Below are positions 25,073 to 34,327 of a stretch of 64,000 nt of DNA, piece by piece. A program made the translations under genes and the position numbers. Under the pieces are notes generated by a model. The model ran no database searches. It was not told where the DNA came from and was given only the letters and a program-made list of their open reading frames with translations. The stretch's first letter is position 1. Each line of letters opens with the position of its first letter. Origin of the DNA: Pseudomonadota bacterium (GTDB lineage: Bacteria > Myxococcota > JACRCW01 > JAFGSX01); NCBI GenBank assembly GCA_043821645.1, contig JBDRCO010000042.1, forward strand, positions 1-64,000. The letters are read 5' to 3'.

Positions 25073-26995
25073 GTGACCGAGCTGCCGCCGCCCGCCCCCG
25101 AGCCTCGCCACCTGGTCGGGCGCGTGTGTGGCGTCGCGGCGCTGGCCTATGCCGCCGGGGCGCTGGTCACCGTGGTGGCCCTGGGACGCAGCTTTCGTCA
25201 CGAGCCGGGCTTCGTGGCCGAGCTCGGTCGCCTCGCGCTGTGGCCGTGGCTGGCCGGGGCGGCCCTGGCCGCGTGGGTCGCCGTGCTGCACCAGGCGGCC
25301 AGGCAGCGCCACACCGTGCTCGTCGACGCCGCGGCGCTGGATCGGGCGCCCTGGCTGGCCTCCGCTGTGTTCGCCGTGGCCCTCACCGCGCCTCTCTCCG
25401 CCTACGCCAGTCACCTGCAGCTTCCGGCGCTGGCCGTGCTGCTGGCCACCTTGCTGAGCGCGAGCGCCTGGCGCCTGGCCGAGCTGCTGGCGCCGGTGCG
25501 CCGCCTGGCCGAGCACCGCGCCACGCCCTGGGTGCTCGCTGGCCTGGTCGCGGGCTGGTATTTTTTTGTGACCTTCTATCGCCACCACCAGTTCGGCTCG
25601 GGGAGCCGCGACATGGGGCTCTTCTTCCAGTCGGTGTGGCTGCTGTCGACGGGACGGGCGCCGCTCAACACCCTGATCGACATCCCCAGCGCGCAGCACG
25701 CCGTGCACGCTTTTGGCGACCACCTGGAGCTGGTGGATCTGCTCATGGTGCCCCTGGTGTGGATCTGGCGCGACGCCGGGGCGCTGCTGCTGGGACAGGC
25801 CCTGGTGGTCGGATCCGGTGTGGTCGCGGTGGTGCGCCTGGCGCGCCGTCGTCTCGACGACGCTGTGGCCGCGCTGCTGCTCGGTGGCAGCTACGCCCTG
25901 GCCTATCCCGTCGCCGAGGCCGTGCAGTTCGACTGGAACCCCACCACCCTGGCTACGGGTTTTCTGGCCTGGGCCTTTTGCCTGGCCGACGAAAAACGCT
26001 ACCGCGGCATGGCGGTGGCGCTGTTCCTGACCGCCCTGTGCAAGGAGAACCTGCTGCTGTACGTGGCGGCCTTTGGCCTTTTCCTCGTCGTCGAGGGGCA
26101 CGGCGTCCGGCTGGGACTCGCCGTCGGCGCAGGGGCCCTGTTCCTGTTCGGCCTCGAGATCAAGCTGGTGTTCCCGCTGTTTCGGGAGGGCGGCTTCCGT
26201 CACTTCTACTTCAGGCAGCTCGGCGGCGGCTTTGGCGAGGTGGCCCTGTCCACGCTGCGCTCTCCCTTGCAGGCGGCCATGCTGATGCTGACCCCGGGCA
26301 ACAAGGTCAACGGACTGCTGTTGCCTTTCTCGTCGACAGCCTGGTTGTGCCTGCTCGCGCCGGCTCCCCTGATCGTGGCCTTGCCTGCTCTCGGCGAGCG
26401 CTTTTTGGCAGACTTTCCCAACGCCTGGTGGGGCCACCACTACGGCGGTCCCAGCGCGGCAATTGCCGTGGTCGCCGCGGTGCACGGCGCGGCGCGACTG
26501 GCACCCTGGTTGCAACCACGGCTGGCCGTGCGCCTGCCCGGGCTGCGCGCGAGCAGCCTGTTGGCGGCGGTCGTCCTGACCGCCACGATCCTGGTCGACA
26601 CGGTGGGCCGCTGGAACCCGACCGATCTGTTCGTGCTCGAGAAACCCTACCTGCCACATCCCGACGAGCGCCCGGCGATCCGTGCCGCGATCCGCAGCGT
26701 GCCTGACGGGGTGCCGGTGGCGGCGCAGAACTATCTGGTGGCGCACCTCGCCGCCCGCGAGCAGATCTACGAGCTCGACGAGTGGCAGCGCGCCCAGCTG
26801 GTGGTCCTCGACGTGACGACCAGCCCCTGGCCCTACGACAGGCGCTTCGTTGACCACCTGGCCCGGCAGCTGGCCCGGGACCCGCAGTGGGGGCTGCGCT
26901 TCTGCGAGCGCCACGCCTGGGTCTTCGAACGCGGACGGGATCCGGCACAGGCTCCTGACTGTCCGGGGCTGCAGCAGCAGCTCGGCTCACCTTGA
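25073..26995 (+). CDS. DUF2079-like polytopic membrane protein (putative GT-C)
   Basis: DMGLFFQSVW, FGDH, FDWNP, LCKE motifs; many TM helices. Start uncertain. Confidence 0.7.
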   Translation: MTELPPPAPEPRHLVGRVCGVAALAYAAGALVTVVALGRSFRHEPGFVAELGRLALWPWLAGAALAAWVAVLHQAARQRHTVLVDAAALDRAPWLASAVFAVALTAPLSAYASHLQLPALAVLLATLLSASAWRLAELLAPVRRLAEHRATPWVLAGLVAGWYFFVTFYRHHQFGSGSRDMGLFFQSVWLLSTGRAPLNTLIDIPSAQHAVHAFGDHLELVDLLMVPLVWIWRDAGALLLGQALVVGSGVVAVVRLARRRLDDAVAALLLGGSYALAYPVAEAVQFDWNPTTLATGFLAWAFCLADEKRYRGMAVALFLTALCKENLLLYVAAFGLFLVVEGHGVRLGLAVGAGALFLFGLEIKLVFPLFREGGFRHFYFRQLGGGFGEVALSTLRSPLQAAMLMLTPGNKVNGLLLPFSSTAWLCLLAPAPLIVALPALGERFLADFPNAWWGHHYGGPSAAIAVVAAVHGAARLAPWLQPRLAVRLPGLRASSLLAAVVLTATILVDTVGRWNPTDLFVLEKPYLPHPDERPAIRAAIRSVPDGVPVAAQNYLVAHLAAREQIYELDEWQRAQLVVLDVTTSPWPYDRRFVDHLARQLARDPQWGLRFCERHAWVFERGRDPAQAPDCPGLQQQLGSP

Positions 26996-27030
26996 CACCC
27001 CCCAGCGCGATCCCTAACCTCGCCGCTCCC

Positions 27031-28605
27031 ATGGCTTCCCCCGACGACAGCAGGGCAACGCCTGCCAGCACCTCCGACGACGCGCGCAGCGTCGGGCGCG
27101 GTGCCCTGCTCATCGCCCTGGGCAAGGTGGTGTTCCTGTTTGCCGGGGCCGCCATCAACTTCGTGCTGCCCCGGCTGCTGAGCAAGGCCGACTACGGCAA
27201 CTACGGCGTCGTGATCCGCATGATCTCGCTCATCAACATGATGACCGTGATCGGTCTGTTGCAGAGCGTGAGCAAGCTGGTCAGCGAGAAACCCGCTCTG
27301 GCGCGGCACAGCTTGCGTCGGGCGCTGCTGCTGGCGTCGGTGGGGTCGGTCGCGGTGGCCGGGCTCTATGCGGTGCTGTCGCCGGTGGTGGCGGGGCTGC
27401 TGCGGGATGATGCCCTGGCCGCGCCCATTGCCCTGTCCGCCACCATCACCCTGGGCTACGGCGTGTACGCCGTGGTCATGGGCACGGTCAACGGACTCAA
27501 GCGCTTCAAGGCCCAGGCCCTGCTCGACATGGGTTTCTCGGTGAGCAAGGTGGTCTGCATCCTCGGCGGCGCGGTGCTGGCGAGCCTGTTGCTGGCCGAC
27601 AGCACGACACCATCTGTCGCAGGGCGTGGAACGGCCTGGGCGGTGGGAGGCTTCGCGGTGGCCGCTGCCGTGATGGCGATGGTAGGCCTGGTGAGCCTGC
27701 GCGGGCTTCCCGCTGTCGACGAGCACGTGCGCGGCCAGGCGCTGCCCCCCAGGCTGTTCGCGCGCCGCCTGTTGCTGTTCGCAGGCTCGGTCATGCTGTA
27801 CCAGGGCAGCCTCAACGCGCTCATGAGCGCCGATCTGCTTCTGGTCAAGCGCCATGTCACCGCCGTCGACGCGGGTCTGGCTGGTGTCTACAACGCGGCG
27901 GTCAACGTTGCGCAGCTGCCCTACTTCGGTGTGCTGGCCATCACCTTCGTGGCCTTTCCGCTGATCTCGGCCACCACCTTTTCCGAGGACAGAGCGACCA
28001 CCGCGCGCTACCTGCGTACGGCTTTTCGCTACGGTGCCCTCATTGCCATTGCCGTGAGCGCGGTCGTGGCTGGCAGCGCCGGCGACGTGATCAATCTGAT
28101 CTTTCCTCGCGGCTACGAAGAGGGGTCCCTGGCGCTGGCGATCCTCGTCAGTGGTTACTCCCTGCTGGCCTTGCACGCCATCGGCTGTACCCTGCTCAAT
28201 GCCGCCGGTCATCCGATGGCGTCGTTCGGAGCCACCCTGGCAGGGACGATGCTCGCCGTCACGGTCACGCTGATCGCCTTGCCCGTGCTCGGATTGGTGG
28301 GCGCTGCCCTCGGCACGCTGTGTGGAGGCGCCCTGGCTTTCACGCTGACCGTGTGGCTGCTGCGGCAACGGCTCGGCGCCACGCCGCTTGTGCTGTCCAG
28401 CTTGCGCATCGTCGCGGCGGGAGTGGCCGTGGGCGCGCTGGGCTGGGTGCTGCCACCCCGCGGTGTCTGGCTGGTCGTGCCCTTCTGCCTCGGGATGGGC
28501 CTGCTCTTTCTGGGTCTTCTCGTCGTGCTTCGCGAGCTCGGCCGGGACGACCTGCAGGTGGCCCTGGCTCCGTTCCGGCGCCGACGGACGGACCATGTGG
28601 CGTGA
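27031..28605 (+). CDS. Wzx-like oligosaccharide flippase
   Basis: Many TM helices; RLL-x-x-x-DYG-x-Y, D-x-LLVK, AGVYNAA, FPLIS. Confidence 0.8.
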   Translation: MASPDDSRATPASTSDDARSVGRGALLIALGKVVFLFAGAAINFVLPRLLSKADYGNYGVVIRMISLINMMTVIGLLQSVSKLVSEKPALARHSLRRALLLASVGSVAVAGLYAVLSPVVAGLLRDDALAAPIALSATITLGYGVYAVVMGTVNGLKRFKAQALLDMGFSVSKVVCILGGAVLASLLLADSTTPSVAGRGTAWAVGGFAVAAAVMAMVGLVSLRGLPAVDEHVRGQALPPRLFARRLLLFAGSVMLYQGSLNALMSADLLLVKRHVTAVDAGLAGVYNAAVNVAQLPYFGVLAITFVAFPLISATTFSEDRATTARYLRTAFRYGALIAIAVSAVVAGSAGDVINLIFPRGYEEGSLALAILVSGYSLLALHAIGCTLLNAAGHPMASFGATLAGTMLAVTVTLIALPVLGLVGAALGTLCGGALAFTLTVWLLRQRLGATPLVLSSLRIVAAGVAVGALGWVLPPRGVWLVVPFCLGMGLLFLGLLVVLRELGRDDLQVALAPFRRRRTDHVA

Positions 28606-29350
28606 CAGGATCCTGGCCGTGGTGCTGCCGGCCTTCAACGAGGGGCGTCTGATCCATCGCTGCGTCGACGAGCAACCGGCGTTCGTCGATCATGTCGTGG
28701 TCGTGGATGACGCGAGTACTGACGACACCGCGCAACAGGCGCGAGCCTCGAACCGGCCCGGCCTGCACGTGCTTCGACATGCTTCGAACCGTGGTGTGGG
28801 CGCGGCCACGGTCACCGGATACCGCGAGGCGCTGCGCCTGGGCGCCGAGCTCATCGTCGGCAGCAACGGCGACGCGCAGATGAATCCCGACGACACCGAG
28901 GGCTTGCTGCAGGGTCTGCTCGACGGCGCGGACCTGGTGCGCGGCAATCGCTTCGCGCGCCCGGACACCCTGGGTGCCATGCCCGTGGAACGCCGCATGG
29001 CCACGCGCGCGCTCTCTGTTTTCATGCGCCTCGCCACGGGCATCGCGGCCGTGCACGACAGCCAGAGCGGCTTTCATGCCCTCACCCGCGACGCCCTGCA
29101 GCGCCTGGATCTGGACGTGCTGTGGCCAGGCTATGGCTTCCCCAACGACCTGGTGGCCCGGGCCGCGGAGGCCGGCCTGCGCATCGCCGAGGTTCCGGTG
29201 GACGCCCGCTATGGCACCGAGAAGAGCGGCATCCGGCCCTGGCATGCACTGCACCCCGTGGGCACGCGCATCACCGCGGCCGCCCTGCGCCGGTTGTTCC
29301 GTCGCCGCGTGAGCCTGGCCTTCGCGCAGACGGAACCGCGGGATCCCTGA
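28595..29350 (+). CDS. GT2 glycosyltransferase (polyprenol-phosphate sugar synthase-like)
   Basis: VVLPAFNE, VVDDASTD, NRGVGAA, DSQSGF. Confidence 0.9.
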   Translation: MWRDRILAVVLPAFNEGRLIHRCVDEQPAFVDHVVVVDDASTDDTAQQARASNRPGLHVLRHASNRGVGAATVTGYREALRLGAELIVGSNGDAQMNPDDTEGLLQGLLDGADLVRGNRFARPDTLGAMPVERRMATRALSVFMRLATGIAAVHDSQSGFHALTRDALQRLDLDVLWPGYGFPNDLVARAAEAGLRIAEVPVDARYGTEKSGIRPWHALHPVGTRITAAALRRLFRRRVSLAFAQTEPRDP

Positions 29351-30510
29351 TGAAAAGCGTGGTGGCCACGACCAGCTACCCGCGTTTTGACGACGACGGT
29401 GCGGGGCGCTTCGTGTGGGCCTCGGTGCAGGGCTTGCGCCGGGTCGGGGTCGAGGTCGAGGTGCTGGCGCCGGACCACGTGCTGGCGAGTGCGCCCGACG
29501 TCACCTGGCTGCGGCATGCGCCCCGGCGCGGCTGGCAGACCCTGTGCTATGGCCACGGCATCCTCCCCAACCTGGACAGCTCACCTTGGCGGGCTGTGCT
29601 CGTGCCCGGCCTGCTGGCAGCCCTGGTGCACGCCCTGGCGCAGCGAAGAGGCTGCCCCACCGTGGCGCACTGGCTGGTGCCCACGGCCCTGGCCGCCGCC
29701 CTCGCCGGGGTGGAGCCCCTGGTGGCGGTGGTGCATGGCAGCGATCTGGCGCTGCTGGAGCGCCTGCCTGGCGGACCGCAGCTGGCGCGCTTCATCGTGG
29801 CGCGCTGCCGGCGCGTCGTTTCGGTGAGCCGCGAGCTGCAGGATCGTCTGCTGCGGCTGGCCCCCGCTGCCACCGTCGAGGTGATCCCCCCGGCGGTGGA
29901 GTGCATCGTCCCCACCTCGCGCCGGCAGGCCCGCGCTGCCCTTGGCCTCGACGACAGCGCCGCCGTGGTGCTGTTGCTGGGCCGCCTGCTCGAGACCAAG
30001 GGCCTGCGCACCATGCTGTCGTGCCTGCCCGCGCTGCCCGCGCAGACCGAAATCCTGATCGCCGGCGACGGACCCCTGCGCGCCGACATCGAGAACGCTG
30101 CGCGCCAGGCTGCCCGGCCCGTGCACGTGCTGGGCGCCATCGCCCCGTCGACGCGCGCCACTCTGTTTGGCGCCGCGGATCTGGTGGTCGTACCTTCGCA
30201 GCCGGATCCCTGGGGCCATGCCGAGGGCCTGCCTGCGGTGCTGCTCGAGGCCATGGCGGCCGGGGTCCCGGTCGTCGCCAGCGCGGTGGGGGGGATCCCC
30301 GACACCGTGGTCGATGGAGAGACCGGCTTGCTGGTTCCTGCAGCCGACGCCAGCGCCCTGGGGCAGGCCCTGTGCCGGGTGCTCGACGATGAGGGGCTGC
30401 GCCAGCGACTTGCGCACAGGGCGCAGCAGGCCATACAACCCCTGCTGGGACGCGGGCACGGCGAGCGCATGCGGGCCCTGCTCGAGCCGCCACCCGGGAG
30501 AGCGGTGTGA
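29350..30510 (+). CDS. GT4 glycosyltransferase
   Basis: TTSYPRF, HGSD, EGLPAVLLEAMAAG-x-PVVAS-x-VGG. Confidence 0.9.
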   Translation: MKSVVATTSYPRFDDDGAGRFVWASVQGLRRVGVEVEVLAPDHVLASAPDVTWLRHAPRRGWQTLCYGHGILPNLDSSPWRAVLVPGLLAALVHALAQRRGCPTVAHWLVPTALAAALAGVEPLVAVVHGSDLALLERLPGGPQLARFIVARCRRVVSVSRELQDRLLRLAPAATVEVIPPAVECIVPTSRRQARAALGLDDSAAVVLLLGRLLETKGLRTMLSCLPALPAQTEILIAGDGPLRADIENAARQAARPVHVLGAIAPSTRATLFGAADLVVVPSQPDPWGHAEGLPAVLLEAMAAGVPVVASAVGGIPDTVVDGETGLLVPAADASALGQALCRVLDDEGLRQRLAHRAQQAIQPLLGRGHGERMRALLEPPPGRAV

Positions 30511-31625
30511 GTCAGATCCTCGTCGTCAGCAAGCCCTTCGCGCCCCCCTGGCGCGATAGCTCCAAGAACCTGGCGCGGGAGCTGGTGCGCGCTGCCACCG
30601 CGACTCGCTTCCGGGTGCTGACCCCTCCGGGTCTGCGACTCCCCTTCGACCACGTCGTCACCGAGGGCGTGTACCGGCACGCCGGTCGCTTCGAGCCCGG
30701 CCTGCTGCAGAACCTGCGCGTGCTTGCTCGCCTGCTGCAACCCGCGCAGGCCGATCTGATTCACTTCTTCTTTGCACCCAGCGCTCGCACCGCGCGGGCC
30801 GCTCGCCTGGCCCTGTCCCTGCCAGGCCGACGCCTCCCGACGGTGCAGACCGTGTGCAGCCTGCCCGTCGATGGCCTGGCGGTGCGCCCTGGCCTGTTCG
30901 CCGACGCCACGGTGGTCCTTTCCAGATACGCGCAACAGCGTCTGCTGGCCGAGGGTGTCGCCGGTGTTCACTGCATCGCGCCGGCAGTGCGGGCTGCACC
31001 CTGGCCCTCGCCGCGACGCCGCCAGCGCCTGCGCCGGCTGCTGGGGCTGGTCGACGGACCGGTGGTGCTGTTTGCGGGGGACCTGGAGCCTGCCCGCGGC
31101 GCCGCGACCCTGATCGAGGCGGTGCCTGCCCTGCGCGCGGCCCTGCCTGACATCCAGGTGGTGATCGCGGCCCGCGCCAAGACGCCAGCCACGCGGGTCC
31201 ATGCCCGGGAGCTGAACGATCGTGTCAATCGGCTTGGCGCCGCCTCCTGCGTGCGCTTCGTGGGCGAGGTGCGCCACATGCGGGCCTGGCTGGCTGCCGC
31301 CGACGTGCAGGTACTGGTCGCGCGATCCCTCGAGAAGAAGATGGACTATCCACTGGTGCTGCTCGAGGGCCTGGCGCGAGGACTCCCCGTCGTGGTCAGC
31401 GACAGGCCGCCGCTGTCCGAGATCCTGGAACTGGCGCCGGGCGCAGGTCGCCGCGTCGCGCCCGACGATCCTGAAGCCCTGGCGCATGCGGTGGCGACGC
31501 TGCTCGATGACAGCACCGCCCTCGACGCTGCGCGCCATGCGGCACATCGTGGCGTGCGCGCGTTTTCCCCTGCGCTCATGGCAGAACGCTACGTGGATCT
31601 GTACCGGTCGCTGCTCCCAGCCTGA
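30507..31625 (+). CDS. GT4 glycosyltransferase
   Basis: GT-B pattern; DYPLVLLEGLARGLPVVVSD. Confidence 0.85.
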   Translation: MSQILVVSKPFAPPWRDSSKNLARELVRAATATRFRVLTPPGLRLPFDHVVTEGVYRHAGRFEPGLLQNLRVLARLLQPAQADLIHFFFAPSARTARAARLALSLPGRRLPTVQTVCSLPVDGLAVRPGLFADATVVLSRYAQQRLLAEGVAGVHCIAPAVRAAPWPSPRRRQRLRRLLGLVDGPVVLFAGDLEPARGAATLIEAVPALRAALPDIQVVIAARAKTPATRVHARELNDRVNRLGAASCVRFVGEVRHMRAWLAAADVQVLVARSLEKKMDYPLVLLEGLARGLPVVVSDRPPLSEILELAPGAGRRVAPDDPEALAHAVATLLDDSTALDAARHAAHRGVRAFSPALMAERYVDLYRSLLPA

Positions 31626-31660
31626 ACCGTGGCGGCCGGAGTGCGTCGCCCCGAGCTGCG

Positions 31661-32179
31661 CTACAGCGTCTTGGCGTAGATGACCTTGTCGTCGCCAGGC
31701 GCGTAGAAATTGCGCAGGCGCGCCTCCTCGAGATAGCCCGTGCGCAGGTAAAAGGCGCGGGTCGCGTCGTAGCCAGGCTTGCCGGCAGTCTCGATGAGCA
31801 CCAGGTGACCGTCTTGCTCGCGTACGGCCTGCTCGCAGCGCTCGACCAGGCGCCGGCCCACACCCAGGCCCTGTGTCGACGGGTCCACCGCGATCCAGTA
31901 CAGGTCGAAGGTTGCCACCGTGCAGGGGGTATGGCCCCAGCACACGTAACCCACGACCTGGCCGGCGTGCTCGGCCACGGCGAAGTGGTAGGCGTCGGGC
32001 GTCCCGTCGTCACCTTCGTCGATGAGCTCGAGAGCCACCGCCACCTCGTCGTCGGAGAAGGCCGCGGTGTCGATGAGGATTCGCTGCAGGGGCTCGCGGT
32101 CCTCCGGGCGCAGGGGCCGGATCGAGACCTCAGGCGCGCTGCGCGGTGTCGCGGACGATGCGATCGATGAGCTCGTCAT
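31661..32179 (-). CDS. GNAT acetyltransferase
   Basis: DLYWIAVDP-x-x-QGLGVG, TRAFYLRTGY. Confidence 0.9.
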   Translation of the reverse strand: MTSSSIASSATPRSAPEVSIRPLRPEDREPLQRILIDTAAFSDDEVAVALELIDEGDDGTPDAYHFAVAEHAGQVVGYVCWGHTPCTVATFDLYWIAVDPSTQGLGVGRRLVERCEQAVREQDGHLVLIETAGKPGYDATRAFYLRTGYLEEARLRNFYAPGDDKVIYAKTL

Positions 32180-33140
32180 AGGGTATGCCGCTCCGTTCTG
32201 CGGCCCGCGCCAGGCCGGCGTCGGGCGAGATATCTGGGTTCGGGTTGACCTCGAGCACGCAGGGCTGTCCGTCGTGGTCGAGGCGGAGATCCACCCGGCC
32301 GTAGTCGCGCAGGCCCACGGCGCGGTACGCGTCCAGGGCGGTGCGGCGAATGGCCGCCGCCAGCGCAGGCGCCAGGGCGCGCGCGGCGATGGACGGGGTC
32401 TTCAGAAAAGCCTCGCTGTCCTCGGCCCACTTGGCCTCGTAGGTGACCAGCGGCGGGTGCGACGCCGGCAGCTCGTCGAAGGCGATCTCGGCGAGCTCCA
32501 GGCAGTGGGCGTCGGCGCCGGCTCCGAGCACGGCCACGTTGAACTCCCGTCCAGGAAGGAAGCTCTCGACCAGCGCGGGTTGCCGGTAGCGTGCCACGAC
32601 GTCCCGCGCCCGGGTCCGTGCCATGGCCTCGTTTGCGACCACGCTGTCGACGGTGATGCCATGGCTGGCGTCCTCGTGGGCGGGCTTGACGATGGCCGGG
32701 TAGCGCAGGTCGCCGAAGGGCTCGTTGCCGTTCACCACCAGCACACCCGGCGCCACGGCGATGCCGCGATCACGCAGCACAGCCTTGCACAGGGGCTTGT
32801 CGAGCCCCAGGGTCATGGCCTCGGGAGGGGAGCCGGTGTAGCGCAGCCTTGCCAGTTCGTAGAGCCAGGCCATGGCCGCTTCGAGTCGCGCATCGCCACC
32901 CAGGGCCTCGACCAGGTTGAACACCAGCTCCACGTCGAGCCCGGCCAGGGTTCTCGCGAGGGTGGGCAGGTCCGGCTTCAGTCCGATCATCTCGGCGCGA
33001 TGCCCGCGCGCCTGCAGCGCCTGCGTCACAGCGCGGGCGCAGGGCACCACCGCGGCCACGGCGAGGGCGTCGCCGGCGTCACCGTGCAGCAGCGCGGCGT
33101 CGTCGTTGTACAGGACGGCGATGCGAAGGCCCATGACCAC
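32130..33140 (-). CDS. D-Ala-D-Ala ligase-like ATP-grasp ligase (copy B)
   Basis: VFNLVE, YTGS, DKPL, VKP-x-x-EDASHGI, GREFNV, YGRVDLR, LEVNPNP. Confidence 0.88.
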   Translation of the reverse strand: MVMGLRIAVLYNDDAALLHGDAGDALAVAAVVPCARAVTQALQARGHRAEMIGLKPDLPTLARTLAGLDVELVFNLVEALGGDARLEAAMAWLYELARLRYTGSPPEAMTLGLDKPLCKAVLRDRGIAVAPGVLVVNGNEPFGDLRYPAIVKPAHEDASHGITVDSVVANEAMARTRARDVVARYRQPALVESFLPGREFNVAVLGAGADAHCLELAEIAFDELPASHPPLVTYEAKWAEDSEAFLKTPSIAARALAPALAAAIRRTALDAYRAVGLRDYGRVDLRLDHDGQPCVLEVNPNPDISPDAGLARAAERSGIPYDELIDRIVRDTAQRA

Positions 33141-34130
33141 CTACAGCTTGTAGCGCGCCCGGGCGCTGTCCACGATCCCGGCGATGAGGCTGTCGTAGGT
33201 CATACCGCGGCCGCGCGCCAGGATGCACAGGTCGCTGGTCTCGGGATTGAGTCCGGGCAGGGGGTTGATCTCGATGAAGGCAGGCCGCCCGGCGTCGTCC
33301 AGGCGAAGATCCACCCGCGCCACGTCGCGACAGTCCAGCGCGGCATAGGCCTGCAGGGCGATCTTCTCTGCCTCCTCGACCACCGCCGGCGCCACCGTCG
33401 GCGGCACCTTGTAGGCGACCTGGTTGCGCCAGTCGCGCTTGACCTCGAGCGAGTACACGAAGCTCTCGAGCCCCAGCTGGGTGGGCGCGATCTCCATGGT
33501 GCCGATGACCTTGGCCCGGCCGCGCACCCCGAGCACGCCCACGGTGAGCTCGACGCCGGGACAGAAGCCCTCGACCAGCACCGGCTGATCATAGTCGTCG
33601 AGCTGGCGCCGGCATTCCTCGCGCAGCTCCTCGGCGTCGGTGACCCGGGAGCTGAGCCGCACGCCCATGCTCGAGCCCTCGGCCAGGGGCTTGACCAGCA
33701 GCGGGAAACCCATCTTGAGCTTGCGCAGGTCGGCCAGGTGGCGCACCACCGCGAAGGGCGGCGTGGGCACCCCGGCGGCGGCCACCACCCGCTTGGTCAG
33801 GGCCTTGTCCAGGCTCAGGGCCAGGGCCAGGGGGTCCGAGTGGGTGCAGGGCACACCCAGCATCTCGCACAGCGCCGGCACCTGGGCCTCGCGGGAGCGC
33901 GCGCCCCGCCCCTCGGCAATGTTGAACACCAGCTGGGGTGGGCGGGCCAGCAGGGCCTCGGCAAAGGCGCGGCCGCCACCCAGGCGTCGCGGGCTGTGGC
34001 CGTGGGCCCTGAGCGCCTGCTCCAGGGCCGCGATGGTGCTCTCCTCGTCGTACTCTTCCAGGCGGTCGATGGGAGCCTCGGCCGCCGCGGTGAAGCTGCT
34101 CTTGAGATCGTAGGCCAGACCGATGTCCAT
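33141..34130 (-). CDS. D-Ala-D-Ala ligase-like ATP-grasp ligase (copy A)
   Basis: VFNIAEG, REAQVP, LDK, VKP-x-x-EGSSMG, ARVDLR, IEINPLPGL. Confidence 0.88.
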   Translation of the reverse strand: MDIGLAYDLKSSFTAAAEAPIDRLEEYDEESTIAALEQALRAHGHSPRRLGGGRAFAEALLARPPQLVFNIAEGRGARSREAQVPALCEMLGVPCTHSDPLALALSLDKALTKRVVAAAGVPTPPFAVVRHLADLRKLKMGFPLLVKPLAEGSSMGVRLSSRVTDAEELREECRRQLDDYDQPVLVEGFCPGVELTVGVLGVRGRAKVIGTMEIAPTQLGLESFVYSLEVKRDWRNQVAYKVPPTVAPAVVEEAEKIALQAYAALDCRDVARVDLRLDDAGRPAFIEINPLPGLNPETSDLCILARGRGMTYDSLIAGIVDSARARYKL

Positions 34131-34180
34131 CGCCTTGTACCTCGCTATTTTTCGAGGGGGCGTCGGGCGCCTACCCTCTC

Positions 34181-34248
34181 CAGGGGCGGTCGGCCCGCCC
34201 CTCGTCGCCGGGAGTGAATCCCGTCGACTTCACCCCGGCAGCACCTGA
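34181..34248 (-). repeat. Dispersed structured intergenic element, copy A
   Basis: Its reverse complement matches 58426-58494 at 64 of 69 positions; two hairpins. Confidence 0.85.
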
Positions 34249-34327
34249 GCTCGGCGTGGGCGGGCGACACCTCGCCCTTCAGGGGAGCGCCAGGACGCCC
34301 CCCCGTGCGCCGTGCAAAGGACAGGGG

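Noticed and set aside
32130-34130. Calling the two ATP-grasp genes housekeeping ddl
   Set aside because: They lack the typical Ddl N-terminal GG-x-S-x-E-x-x-VS and LHG-x-x-GEDG motifs, and they sit in a kamA operon rather than a mur/dcw cluster.
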